NCBI GenBank assembly: GCA_010015585.1
Contig: ML975164.1
From: Eremomyces bilateralis CBS 781.70
Taxonomy: Eukaryota
Reading direction: 5' to 3' (one strand)
DNA: 64,000 nt
In this document: one piece after another, positions 10,564-23,142 of the stretch
Position numbering within the stretch: position 1 is the stretch's first letter
How the letters are laid out: each line of letters starts with the position of its first letter
The notes under the pieces: generated by a model
Databases searched by the model: none
Told to the model about the DNA's origin: nothing
The model's input: only the letters and a program-made list of their open reading frames with translations
Made by a program: the position numbers and the translations under genes

Positions 10564-13477
10564 CTTCGGTGACTTTGTTGTGATCGGAGGATTTTGATAT
10601 CAAGTCTTGCAAGTTGCAGCGATTATGCAGTGTATTTCCGACGGATTCGAAAACGATCGAGGACAGTACTTTGGTAGAGAAGAATGGCTGCGACAGAAAA
10701 ACACGCTCAGAGAAAGACAGAAAATTGAAAAGATAATACTATTCCTCGTCACATTGTCGCGCTGTTCTCAGCGGCCGTGCTTCTTATGAGTGCGCCCCAT
10801 CTGCTTGTCGACCCCTTCTGTTGGAGTTTTGTATCAGCCAGTCATGCAGCCACCCCGTGCCCTCGCCGCAACTCGCTACCATTCTGGGGACTGATTCACC
10901 AGTGGTCCAGTGCACGCTTCATAGCGTAGCACGCGTTCTAGTGGGTCCCATTATTATGGGCTACGTACTTCATGGTTGACCGGAGGATGCAGGAGACTTG
11001 GAACTCTTCGAATCCATCCTCCTCGGATAATCATCCATCGGTGCCCGAACGCGTCGCACATCTGTGAGCAAGCGGAACTGGCACCGTCCCGTATCCAGCG
11101 CGAACTAACCATATCCAGCGTTTTTCCTGACCGGTGTCGCGCGTGCAGTAGAAGTCCCCGAAGCAGTAAGCACAGGTAAAGAATAGAAGAACCAGACCAG
11201 TCGATCACAAGCAGAAGCACCGAAGTGTCCGAAATCATTGGAACTGTGCACCAGTTGCTCAGTTCCGCACATAATTCAGCCAGGAAGGCGCAGGGGATCC
11301 TGGCTAGAGGTCCATCCATGATCCAAGTCGGGATCTGTCGCCGGTTTTGGGCGCAGGGCTGAGCAGCTCCCTCTATTTCCTAAGTTGAGTGGTGGCGCGT
11401 ACGGGCTTGTCGGCTTAACTCAATGATTCTTGAGGCTTCGGAGTGATTACTAGAATAGAAGGGGATTGGCAACCAATGGTAGAGAGGCGGGCAGGGAGAG
11501 GGCGAGTGGTGAACATTGAACAGGAGAGCAGTGCCGAGTTCTTCGCTCGAACACGAGATGGAGTTGCGCAGCTGGAAGCGAGAGTTACACTGTGATAGGA
11601 GCTGAATACGTACTGAGAGATCATGGATGAGAGGACGGGACTTTGTATTGGAGGGACATGCAAGGGATCGGGAGGGGGGTCGAACGAGTATCGTGCGATT
11701 TTAAGAGCAGCAAATTCATCTTGTTTGTTTGCTTGTGGGATTGCATTTCATGATAAGCTCAGGTACGAAATAGGTGTTTATTCCCTAGGGTCATAGACTC
11801 ATGATTTAGGAGGGATTCTGCCTGTCACATTGTGATCTGATCAAGACGATTTCTTTTTTCATGAAATTACGATCCTCGTCATCATGCTGGGGCCAAGTCT
11901 CGGTGGCATTGAAGTGATTGGCAGGGTGATGTCAGCAATCACAAGAATAATTATTCCATTGTCTCCGTAAACTCAGGCAGATTTTGATGATTTTCGAGTT
12001 TCGACCAAGCTCGTATTCCGCTGGTTTACATCTGGAATAATACATCCCGATCTTGCAAGAAAGCAAATAAGAATCATTAGGGACATGATCTTTGCTGCCT
12101 TGAATCGATCAAACATAGTCAAACATGCCTCCATCGGTCTCTTCGTTTTGAGCCTTGACTCTGTTTATAGATCCCCCTAGTTAAGCGCTGATCGACATTG
12201 AGCATCGTCATAATAAAATATGGAAAATTGGAAATCCTCCGTCGCTCAACTTACCATGTCGGGCTTAACCCCAGTGCGTCCCTCCGCAGCCCATATTTCT
12301 TCTCCGACTCCTCCATTCTTCGCCATACTTCTGGAGGAAGGACGACGAATTTCAATTTCGAGGATAAAGTTCTCAACTACAGTAATGCATGATGGAGCGG
12401 TTATACGTTCATTGAAATCTCTTTCTGCGATCTCTTCGGTTTCCAGCTGAGGCCAAGTCGTATTTATCAATCAATGTCTTCGGATTAGCGTCCATAATAT
12501 ATCCTTCGCCCGGGCTAGTCAAACTCCGCTGAAGTCAGAAGCGGTCTTCTGCCAAAGCCATCCGCGTGCGAAACCGTACCGACATCTATTATATTGGCTT
12601 TTATCACCTCTTTGATGCCGTCTTGACCAGCCGATGCCTGGAGACATAGACCACTGACTAGCTGGAGCCTGTCGCTCGTCGGTGACATCGCCATCTCTGG
12701 CGTCAGCAGCCGGTTGGTGAGAGCGGCGACTTGGTCGAAAGTATCCAGCGTCGGAGATCCGTTCAAGATCGAGCTTGTGATGGCCAAGTTAGAGATGCTG
12801 CTTGCGTCGATCACGAGCCCGTGTTCCCTTCGTTGACCGTGGCTTCTTCCAGGACTCGAATACACAGCGATGAAATTGACTCTCGTAGTAAGACAGACGA
12901 CGAGACGAGACGGGCTAGGAAATAGAAGACAGATGGAGAAGAGAATACTATCGTAGCTGTTCCTCGGTGCGTGACGTGAGCTCATACACCTCGTAAGAAC
13001 GAGTCGACAGAATTCCTCCGAATCTGCATGGCATACTTAGGTATTCAGTTCTCTTGACTTTACAACCCACTGCAGTAAAGAAGGGAGTTTGATACCGAAC
13101 CCCAGAACGCAGAATGAGATATAGCCGTGCAGGTATGCCGAGAACACACCATTTCCGAAAGATTGTCAGACAGTCGGACCTCAGGTTTCGATGCAATCAG
13201 GGTGCTGCTTATATAAGCTCTCATTCCGGTCATCCAGGTTCCCAACCTCAAAGAGGGGACCCTCGGGATACAACACCGCATTTGCAGAGAGGGGAAAGCA
13301 CGGCAACCAGACAGGGTCGCACAACGAGTCACGCAGGACATGCGTTCCTGTTCAGGGAGCTGGGCCGGCTGTGACCGAGCTATGAATTATACGTCGATTT
13401 ATTTGATGTTTCGCAGATCAATGTGTACAGTGTAGGATTGAAGCCACTGATTAATACAGGTTTGACAGTTTGACACC

Positions 13478-14727
13478 ATGGCCGGAGCAGTGAGACAACC
13501 AATTGATATAGCATCGTTCGAGGATTATGTTAAGGCCAATGTCCCTGAGATCAAATGTCCCATTTCATTGAAACAGGTCAGCAATTGTCTCGAGCAAAAG
13601 ATGTAAACCCCGTCACTGACTTCATCCAGTTCGGCTACGGCCAGTCCAACCCAACCTACCAAATCATTGACAGCTCCGGCAAGAAATATGTCATGCGCAA
13701 AAAGCCCCCGGGCAAGCTCGTCTCCAAGACTGCCCACAAAGTCGACCGCGAATACCGCATCATGACCGCCCTCGCCACCACCGACGTCCCCGTCCCCAAG
13801 ACCTACTGCCTCTGCATGGACGACACCGTCATCGGCTCCCCCTTCTACATCATGGAGTTCCTCGACGGCCGCATCTTCGAATCGCCCGACATCCTTAGTG
13901 TCTCCGCCGTGGAGCGCAACCAGATGTGGCACGATGCGATCCGCACGTTGGCGAAGCTGCATCGCGTCGACCCGAAGAGCGTGGGGCTGGAGACGTACGG
14001 GAAGCCGGCGGGGTTTTATGATCGGCAGCTGACCACGTTTAAGACGCTGTCGAAAGCGCAGGGAGAGACGGTAGACGTAGAGACGAAGAAGCCAGTCGGT
14101 GCGGTGCCGAGGTTTAATGAGATTGTTGAGTTCTTCGGGCAGAAGAAGTACCAGCCGGAGGATAGGGGGACGCTCATCCATGGAGATTATAAGATAGACA
14201 ACATCGTCTTCCATAAGACTGAACCTCGCGTCATTGGTGTTCTGGAGTAAGTTTTCTGATTTCAGGTACATCATGAACAACTTACTAACGATAACAGCTG
14301 GGAAATGTCCACCATCGGCCATCCGCTCTCCGACCTCTCCAACCTAATGGTCCCTTACTCCCTCACGGCGGCACACTACCCCACCGCGCTCGTGATCCCC
14401 GCCACCTCGGACTCCTCGCAGCCTCTACGGCGAGGCACCTACTCAACCTTCCACACAAGCATTCGTCTCGGCGGTCTGCCGCCTGCAGAGACTGTCGTCA
14501 AATGGTACAGTGAAGTCGCCGGTTGGGACCCTACCCCCGATCTTGCATATGGACGAGCCTTCAGCTCTTTCAGAGACACAGTGGTGTTCCAGGGAATTGG
14601 GGCGCGCTATGCCGCGAGGCAGGCGAGCAGTCCACAGGCAAAGTTCGTGGGGCAGGAAATTGCTCCGTCTGCGGAAGTGTGCTGGAGGCTGATTGAGGCG
14701 ACGCGAGCGGCAAAGGCAAAACTATGA
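13478..14727 (+). CDS. APH-family phosphotransferase like the ACAD10/11 N-terminal kinase domain, with PTS1 (AKL)
   Basis: [25 protein letters not shown] and [10 protein letters not shown] motifs. Introns 13577-13629 and 14247-14297. Ends ...KAKL*. Confidence 0.92.
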
Positions 14728-14863
14728 TTTCTGATAGTTAGCGAGCAATGCATTTTCACTTGAAGTTATAAATTCATGAGCCATATCGGCATTGGAGAAT
14801 GGATGTGACGATCGGTGCAGGTGGATTTTAAGAGCCGACAAACCCAAAATGTATCTCTAAAAC

Positions 14864-16259
14864 CTAGAATATATCTTCCTCAACATTCCATTGTTTGCAC
14901 AACTCATGATACCTCTGCTGGTATTGTTTATGCCTCGTCTCGAAGCCCTTCGCCGTCTTCATCTGATCTCGTCCCACCTGATGAGCATGCGAGCTATCCG
15001 GTCCATCCGCTAACCTAACAAACCTCGCATACGTCCACATCTCCGGCAGCGCCGTATACTGCGTGAGCCCCTGCCCGCCCCAAATCTGCATACACTCATC
15101 GATGATATCGGCCGCCATCTTCGGAATCAGCACCTTGCTCTGCGCAATCGCATACCGCCCTGCCTTGTTCCCCATGATATCCATCGTGTCCGCCGCGTTC
15201 ATCACGATCTGCCGCATGCTGTCCAGCCGCATCCGCATGTACGCCACCCGCTCGATGTTGCTGTCGAACTCCCCGATCAGCTTCCCGCGCGGTTTCTTCC
15301 GCTCATCGATGCACCGGATCAGCGCCAGCTCGAACGCCCGCTCCGTCTGCCCGATCAGCCGCATGCAGTGGTGGATGCGGCCGGGACCGAGCCGGCCCTG
15401 CGCGATCTCGAACGCGCGCCCTTCGCCGAGGATTATGTTCGCCGCGGGGACGCGCACGTTCTCATAAACGTACTCGCCGTGGCCTTCGGGTGCGTGGTCG
15501 TAGCCCATGATGGTAAGATTGCGCTTCATGGTGAGGCCTTTGCTACGGGCGGGGACGATGACCATGGTGTGGCGGGCCCAGGGGTTGGGGTTCTCCGGGT
15601 CAGAACAGCCCATGAGGATGTAGATGCCGAGCTCGTCGTTCATTTGGGAGTTACCATAGAGTTTGCGACCGTTGATGACTAGTTCGTCGCCGTCGCGCTT
15701 CATGCTGCAGGCGATGGTGGTGGCGTCGGAACTGGCGCGGTCGGGCTCGGTCATGCTGTAGGCGGAGGACATGTCGCCGTCCATGAGAGGTTTGAGCCAC
15801 TTCTCTTTCTGCGCGTCATTGCAGTACTTGGCGAGCAGTTCGATGTTGCCAGTCTCCGGGGCATGGCAGTTCATGGTCTAGAGAGCGTTAATTCCATTCT
15901 ATTTTCATATATTAATGCATTTGACTTACTTGCGCTGCCCAATAGCATCTTCCCATAATCTCTGCACAGCATGCGTACTCGAGGTTCGTCAAACCTGGGG
16001 ATTCCTTGAAGTGGTTCGGCAAGAAAATGTTGAAGAGGCCTTGGGCCTTCGCCTTCTTTCGCAGTTCGTGAATCAAGGGGGCGGTCTTCCACCGGTTGTT
16101 CTGCAATTGTGCCTGCACGACGCGCTCCGCAGGAATACACTCGGTCTCAACCCAATCGTAGACTCTTTGGATGATCTCGATGGCCTGTGGCCTCAGCTTC
16201 GCCTTTACCCACGGTGGGATACGGTTGAATGCAGGGTTGTTTTCCAATGAAGGCGCCAT
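14864..16259 (-). CDS. Acyl-CoA dehydrogenase, ACAD10/11 (IBR3/LvaC)-like
   Basis: GLTNLEY, NCHAPETGN, MTEP..ASSDA, QGRLGPGRIHHCMR and RLADGPD motifs. Intron 15878-15929. Confidence 0.92.
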
Positions 16260-17031
16260 TGTAAGGACTCGGGACTTGAATATATAATACTGCGAATGGA
16301 AAAGCTCTCGGATGAGGGAACAAAGTAAAGAAGAGTAAACGATACCAACCTTAGCTTGACATTAAACAAATAACATTTCTACATGTCCTCGGGCTGGGAA
16401 AATACCGTAGCCAATTCAGGCACCGCTACACCTCTAGCCGTTGCCCGAGGTGGAGGCTTGCCGTGCCCGCACTGGATTGAGGGCGAAGTGGAAGAGATGA
16501 CGCTTAACGGCTGGGAAAGATGTGGATTGTGGAGGATCTTTTATTTCCGGGGGATCTAGGGGTGACAAGCGGGGACCCTGACGTTCCACACAATATCTCC
16601 TATTTCGAGTCCAAAGAATATCACGAATAATTCACGATGTCCCGGAACTCATCTAACCTAGATGTCGGTTCGAAAACGCACTTGAGCGACATGCAAAGGG
16701 TTGGTTTAGAATGGCCGTAGAAGATTTAAGCGTGGATCACCGAGTAGCAAGATGGTTTTCACAAGGGTTGAGTTTGGAATGTTTATGTTTGGGGCGTCGC
16801 AGCATGGCCGCCGCCAGGTAGTTATGCATCTATAACTCATGCGTACATGTAAACAAACCAAGGTCATCGAATGTTCGTCGTCCATCTATGTCCCGTCATA
16901 CTCATGGTCCAACGTAAGATGGGCAGAAAACCTTGAAAACCCTCAGCAATGCACACGCCTGCCAATGAAACCATTCCGAACAGCCAGAAGCGACTTCAAC
17001 GAGGGCGGTTGTCTCCTCATAGTCAACCGCT

Positions 17032-20000
17032 TCACTCGTCCCGATAGAACTTCCTCATCAGAAGATGAACCAACAAGTTCACGTTCAACCGTAACGATCC
17101 CTCCCCGCCCTTTCCCCCCGTCGCATCATTCCCACTCGTCCCGAACAAGTTCACAAACTGACAATTGTTAAACTGCGCCTGCAGCAAATCATCCAACGGC
17201 ACCATCGCGCTGGCACCGGGGATCATCATGCTCCCAACACTCCCCTCGACATGAAACACCCCAACCTGATCGCTCGAAATCGTGATGTTGATCTTCTCCC
17301 ACTGCCGCTCATGGTACCCTTTCCAGCTCACCAACACTCCCTTGTTTGCCAGATTCTGCGCCGAGTACTTAAACGACCCGAACTTGGGCACCCGACCGGC
17401 GCGCTGCAGCTCCTTCTCGTGGTTGTACTGCTTCGTGAACGGCAGCAGGAACCGCTTCTTCCCCTTCTTGTTCTGCAGCGTGATCATCGCCTGCTCGATG
17501 TAGTCGTTGTAGCTCTTCAGTTGGCTGTCTAGCCACTCGGATTTCTCGTCCAGCGCCGCCAGCGTCGCCTTCACGCCTTCAAGCTCGCGCGTGCGCTGGA
17601 TGCGTCGTCGGTGCTTCGTGCGGATGTCCAACGCAATGCTGTTGAGGAGGTCTTGGTAGTTGTTGTGCCGGCTCAGTCGACCGTGTCGTTCGAGCGTGAC
17701 GAAGTTTTCCAGCGCCGTGCGTTTGAGCTCGGCGTAGGTGAGGGCGGTGATGTCGAGGGCAGAGGTGGCATGGCCTGTGGTGCTCATGGCGTCGGAGGTC
17801 GAGGTATTGGTGTGTCGTCGGTGGCGGCGGCGGTCGCGCTCTTTCTGGGCAACCTCTTCGGAGACGAGGGCGGTCCAGCGATCATCGTCTTCGGCGGAGA
17901 TAGGGCGGACCATGATTTCGAGAAGGCTGCCGCCAGTTTGCACGCGGATGATGTAGAGGATGCAGCGTTTGGTTTCCATGAACAGGGACTTCAAGGCAGC
18001 GTCGGGGTCTTGGGGATGTCAGCGTTGACCTTTCAAAGTTGGACCATAAGAAGAGTATACCTTCCATGTCATGCAGCTTGGGATTCAGGGTCAAAGTGAT
18101 CTCAGTCGAGCTGACTCCGATCATTTCAGACTCGTTATTTTTCGGGCTACCGAGTTCACGAATCACTTCTCTCAGTGCATCATCCTGGCCCCCCGTCAGG
18201 AACGAGACGTCCTGAGCAATGAGCTGATGTATCGCGAAGATATCGGTAAGCTTGACATAGAGCGTCGGCTTCGTTCTTGCGTAGAGGTCATTGAACTCAT
18301 CAATATCGAAGTGAGCCTCTGCCTCTCGAATGGTGATCACTAGCAAAGTCAGTGCGATGTTGTCGATCTGGAACGCCAAAACTTACTGCTCTCCCAAATA
18401 TTCGCCATACGCGGTAAGGAGTCGCTGATGTACGGGTTCATAGGCTGCAAATAGACGTTGTCTCCACCAAACAGCCTTCCATTTGCAATCTGGCCCACAA
18501 CCTTCGCAACCTCCCCCAGGTTCCTCTTGTGCATCGGGCTGAGACCACGATCTACGACGCTCCAGTTCTCCGGCTGCGTCAACGCCGGATATAGATACGT
18601 CTTCCACACCCAATTGCCCATGAGCTGAAGGATGCCCTCCTTTGGCTCCGATGGGAACCGCTGACAGAGCAGCTCGAAGGTTTGCTGGGCAATGAAGCGT
18701 ATTCCGTACGGCATCCGATGGATTTGGTCTTCCATCTGATGGAAGAAATGGTCGGCGATATCTCGAAGGTCTTGAAGATGTCGAATAAAGGTCTCCCGCG
18801 TCTCGGGGTCCCGGATCGCTTCCTCGCGGGGAACATCGGGTACGCGTCGACTGCGTTGGCCGGTGCGTAACTCTTCATTATTGATTATGGAGCGGTAAAT
18901 CTGCATGGGATCGGACTCGAGGTCCAAGCCTTCAGTCTCGACGATGTCTTCTTTGATGATAGGCCCGAGGAGATCTCGAAGATACTTGCGGTCTCGAGGG
19001 GAGCGGATGTAGTTAGTAAGGATGCGGGTCCAGAAGAAGTTGCCGCGGAGGTATTCTTGGATGCTGTTGCAGGAGTCGATCTCTTCTTTGATCGAGCGGG
19101 AGATGAGCTTGAGGAGGTAGTACTCTTCTCGTCGCTTCTGTGCGAAACCGAACAGGCCGATCATGAGCAGTTCCATGCGCTTGCATTCCTGCTCGGGCAT
19201 GGCTTGCTCACGGAACTTCTTGAAGAGACGGGCGAGGTATTGTGGTTGGGTTTGAAGGATGAAGAACAGTTCTTGGTAATGTTCGAGTTTGCGTCGGGAG
19301 TTTTTGTTGAGGGCCTTGAGGTCAAAGGGATCTTTTGATGTCACCACATCGCGGTTTGAGAGTAAGTTGCCGACATGTCCACCGAAGTGTTTCTGATGCT
19401 TGATGACTTCGTCGAGGGTAATCTTGTTCTTGACCAGAAGAGCGATCTTGATGTCCAGCTGATCAATATACACCTCGGCCATTTCGTTCTGTCGGACATG
19501 CTGGACGACGGTCTTCCGTAATCTCTCCATCTCGATCTCCTCCTCGAAATCCAAGTCGCTGTCATTGAGAAGATGGACAAAGTTCTTCACCGTCCCTACA
19601 GGAGGGTTCTTGCCGCCGACAAGCGTTTTGTATGCCTGGCCTTGTTGTTTCCCTCGGACAAAGCTCTGAATCTTGACTACCTTCTTCATGTTCTCCTCAT
19701 AGAAGCGCTTCTTCTGGGCAAACCTCTGGCGGATGATCATACCCAATGAATGCGCTTGAAGCGCCACGATGGTATCTTCAACTTCGTCCAGCATGGTAAG
19801 GGTTCGACCAACACTGATCCGGCTGAGCATTCCTCTCGCCATCGCTTGCAGTTCAGTGACAGATGCGTCATGGTTCTCAAGCTCGCAAATGATATCATAT
19901 GTCCGTTGGCGTTCCAAGTAGCCTTTCGAGGCTGCCTGAATTGTGACGATGCTCGATGATGCGGCTTGAAGCGACTTCTTGTCAGCGAAAGCTTTTGAAC

Positions 20001-22356
20001 GGAGTAGATAGCCTCGTATTGAACACTGGAGAAGCGAAATGGAAGGTTGGCTGCCTTTCAAGGCTAGTTGAAGGGCGTCGTGTCGCTTCCTTGCTGCGGC
20101 CCCTCGACAACAAGCTTGCAGTGAACGGAAGATGGGGGCATTACTGCTTAATTCTTCCTTCAAAGTCTGAATCGAGTGTCGTTGTTGCTGGCCTCGTCGT
20201 TGAGATTGTAATGTAACCCAACTTGCACTTTGTTCTTGGACCTTCTGAGCAACTGCTTTTAGCTCCCTTCGTTTTGCTTGGCCTCTTGCTGCCGCTTGGA
20301 GTTTCGTAACCAGGGTTTGTGTTCGTCGGTCGTGAATGATATCCATCTGAGCCTCGATCGATTTCCGCGCAAGCATGCCCCGTACGGCTGCCTGGAGCCA
20401 CTGAACCCCTTGTTCCGTTTGCGCGTCACGCGTCTCTTCGTACTGATCGGCCACCTTCGCTCGCGCGAGCGCACCGCGAATCGCCGCTTGGATATCTCGA
20501 ATACCATGTTCATGGCTTCTGACCTCCGTCTTGATCATCTTCACGTCTGCACGGGCGGCTTTCGCACGGATGAGGCTCTGTAACTGTAGGATGTGCTTCT
20601 CACATCGCTCCCAGTTTTGCTGGGTCCGTTGTAACCGGCTTCTCGCGAGATAGCCACGAATCGCGGATTGAAGTTCGACAGCCGACCGGTACATCCCCAT
20701 CCGGTACTCGAATATCTGCCTCGCAAAGTCACCGCGTATTCGCGCCTGGAGGTCGACGGTCCAGTCTTCATTATCCCAGAATACCTGCATCGTGTCGCCC
20801 AGCATCAGTCGTGTCGTGGCCCCCCGAATCTGTGCCTGAAGATCCACGATAACCTGTTCGTTCTCGGCAAGTTCGCGATTGATTCGTTCTTCGTCTGTTT
20901 CCACGGGCTCCGGCTCCGGTTCTGGTTCACCGAAATTGGCAGACATCCCTGAGAAGTTCGGCATGGCGACGCCGGACTTGTCCAGTCCTTTCTGCGTTTC
21001 TTCGAGTTCATGGTCTGCGAATTGCAGCTGCCCGACTAGATTGCCGATACGGAAGTCAACGATTCCCTTTCGGTACAGCAACCATGACAGAGCATGGATA
21101 CAGTAGATGACCTTGGGGATGTTCTTCTTCTCGTATAGATCAACCAACTCGAATCGGAAAAGCTCTGGAAGCTCCACTTCGTGCAGGTAGTTGAAGAACA
21201 AGGCGATGTTGTCCGAGTGCCGGAACTGTAACTTTGGATGCCGAAAGATCCTAAACGGCTTGCCGGGTTTCAGTGCCTGCACGATCTCCGCGAAGGTTAC
21301 TCCGTCTCGTAGCGCCTCCTCGAGGTGAACAATGGGGGGAATTTCGTTCTGCAGGATATCTTCAATCCATTCCTTCGCCTCGCCAATATGACAAAGGTAC
21401 TCATAGGCTTGAAGAAACTGTCGCTGTGCATCGATCCAAGCACTCGCACCCCAAGCACTGACTGGCTTCACCATTTGTGCACCCGGTTTGACGCTGTCCG
21501 AACGTTGTAGTCGTCGTCTGCCGTGCAGCCCAGCTACCTCTTGCTCCCGGCTTTTGATGGTGAAATCCAGATTCTCTTCACCTTCCTGTGCGATCTTGGA
21601 TAGAGTCCGAAGGTGGCGAGTAGTTGACTTCTGGAACGTTTGGAGATCGGGGCGTTCGACATGCGGACTGAAGTGAACATGGCTTGCGCTCGAGCCATTC
21701 GGACGGTCGCGCGAGCCTCGCATTGAATCACTTCTTGTGAGGGTTGCCATTGACAATGGACGAGCTGCCTTCGCGGACGGAGTGTTACTGCCGTCGAAGC
21801 GTGAACTTATCTCAGAGATATCCGCATGACTCTTGGTACGGCTGTGAGAAGTTCTTGGACTCGGGCTCTCCACAGGTAGCGGGGTCTTCGTGAGCAAGGA
21901 GTTGCTGCCATTGAAGCGTGCACCTATCCCAGACATATCTGCATGGCTCTTGGTACGGTTGTGAGAAGTTTGTGGACTCGATTTCTCCACGGGTGGCCGA
22001 GCCTTAGCAGGAGTTTGCGGCAGCGGACGGAGCGATTGACGCGCAGATTGGTAGGTTTCGGATGGGCTATGGTCGACGGTTCCGAAATAGTCTTCGGATT
22101 TTGATACCATATTGCGCAAGCCGGTCGCATCGCTCATCCCTCGTTTATGTCCGTGTCCTGTGGTGTGGAGAACATGGTGCATACCATTGGAGCTGTGGGA
22201 GGATACGGTGCTCGTCCGGCTCGGAGGATAATGTGCGGAGTATGCAGAGGAAGAGGAATTAGATGATGCGGTCGAAGCGTGTCTGAGGGGAGATGGCGAA
22301 GTAGCTTTGTGTCCCAGCGCAGAGCGCGGCGAGTAGGTAGAATATTGCGATGCCAT
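17032..22356 (-). CDS. IQG1: IQGAP-related cytokinesis protein (CH, IQ repeats, RasGAP-like GRD, RGCT)
   Basis: LQAYEYLCHIGEAKEW CH domain, many LQA..RG IQ motifs, KIALLVKNKI, REEYYLL and C-terminal NVNLL. Introns 18340-18386 and 18009-18060. Confidence 0.95.
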
Positions 22357-23142
22357 GAACGGATGGAGAGGTATGAACGGAAAGGAGAGTCGTCGCTAGT
22401 CCTCAGTATCAAACTCCATATGTTGCACGGTGTCGGTCAAGATTTGGGTCTCTTGTTGTTTCGATTCCGTCGGGTTGGAAGAGGGATATCGTATTGCGTG
22501 GGACCCTCGATCCGGAACCCCAAGGAGTGTAAACAATGAAGTCCCGGTAACGAATTGCAGAGAAATCGGCGGTGCAACTCCAGTTGTACCAGCGTGACAG
22601 TGACCTTGGATGTATACTATGAGAGATTCTGGACAATCAAACGGTTGAGAGGGTGAACCGGGGATGTGCGACGATGGCGGGAATTGTTGTAAACAAGGAA
22701 GCAGCGAATAAACACTGTAGTTGCCACAACACTCAGCTGTAGCACCAACAGCGCCACAGTTAAATTTGGTGCGGCTTGACACTTCACATTTGTGGCTTGA
22801 CCCTCATAGATTGAAGTTAATTGCCTTAGTGCCTTAGTGCCTGTTGTCAGCCTTATTGCCTGATCCGCACCACCGCCTCGCGAACCAATTCATTTTTGCT
22901 TCAGGTTTTTTTTGGTTTTGTTTCTGTCGTTTGCTCTTGGGGGGGGCTTAAACGCTTCGACCCAACAAAGGTTTAACACGGCAGTTACCCCTGAATTCCC
23001 TTTGATCTCGAAGCCTGCACATCTCTTTCTTGTTTCCTCCTCCAAAGTCACACAGCCTGAGCTCAATATTCCCGTGAAACCTCAACGCGACCCTTTCGTG
23101 GCTCACAGCGTCTTTTCCAAACAACCACCACCGCAAGGAACC

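Noticed and set aside
10954..12985. ORFs 10954-11319, 11415-11663 and 12515-12985 as genes
   Set aside because: No recognisable domain, consistent splice model or codon bias; they could be relics but this cannot be supported.
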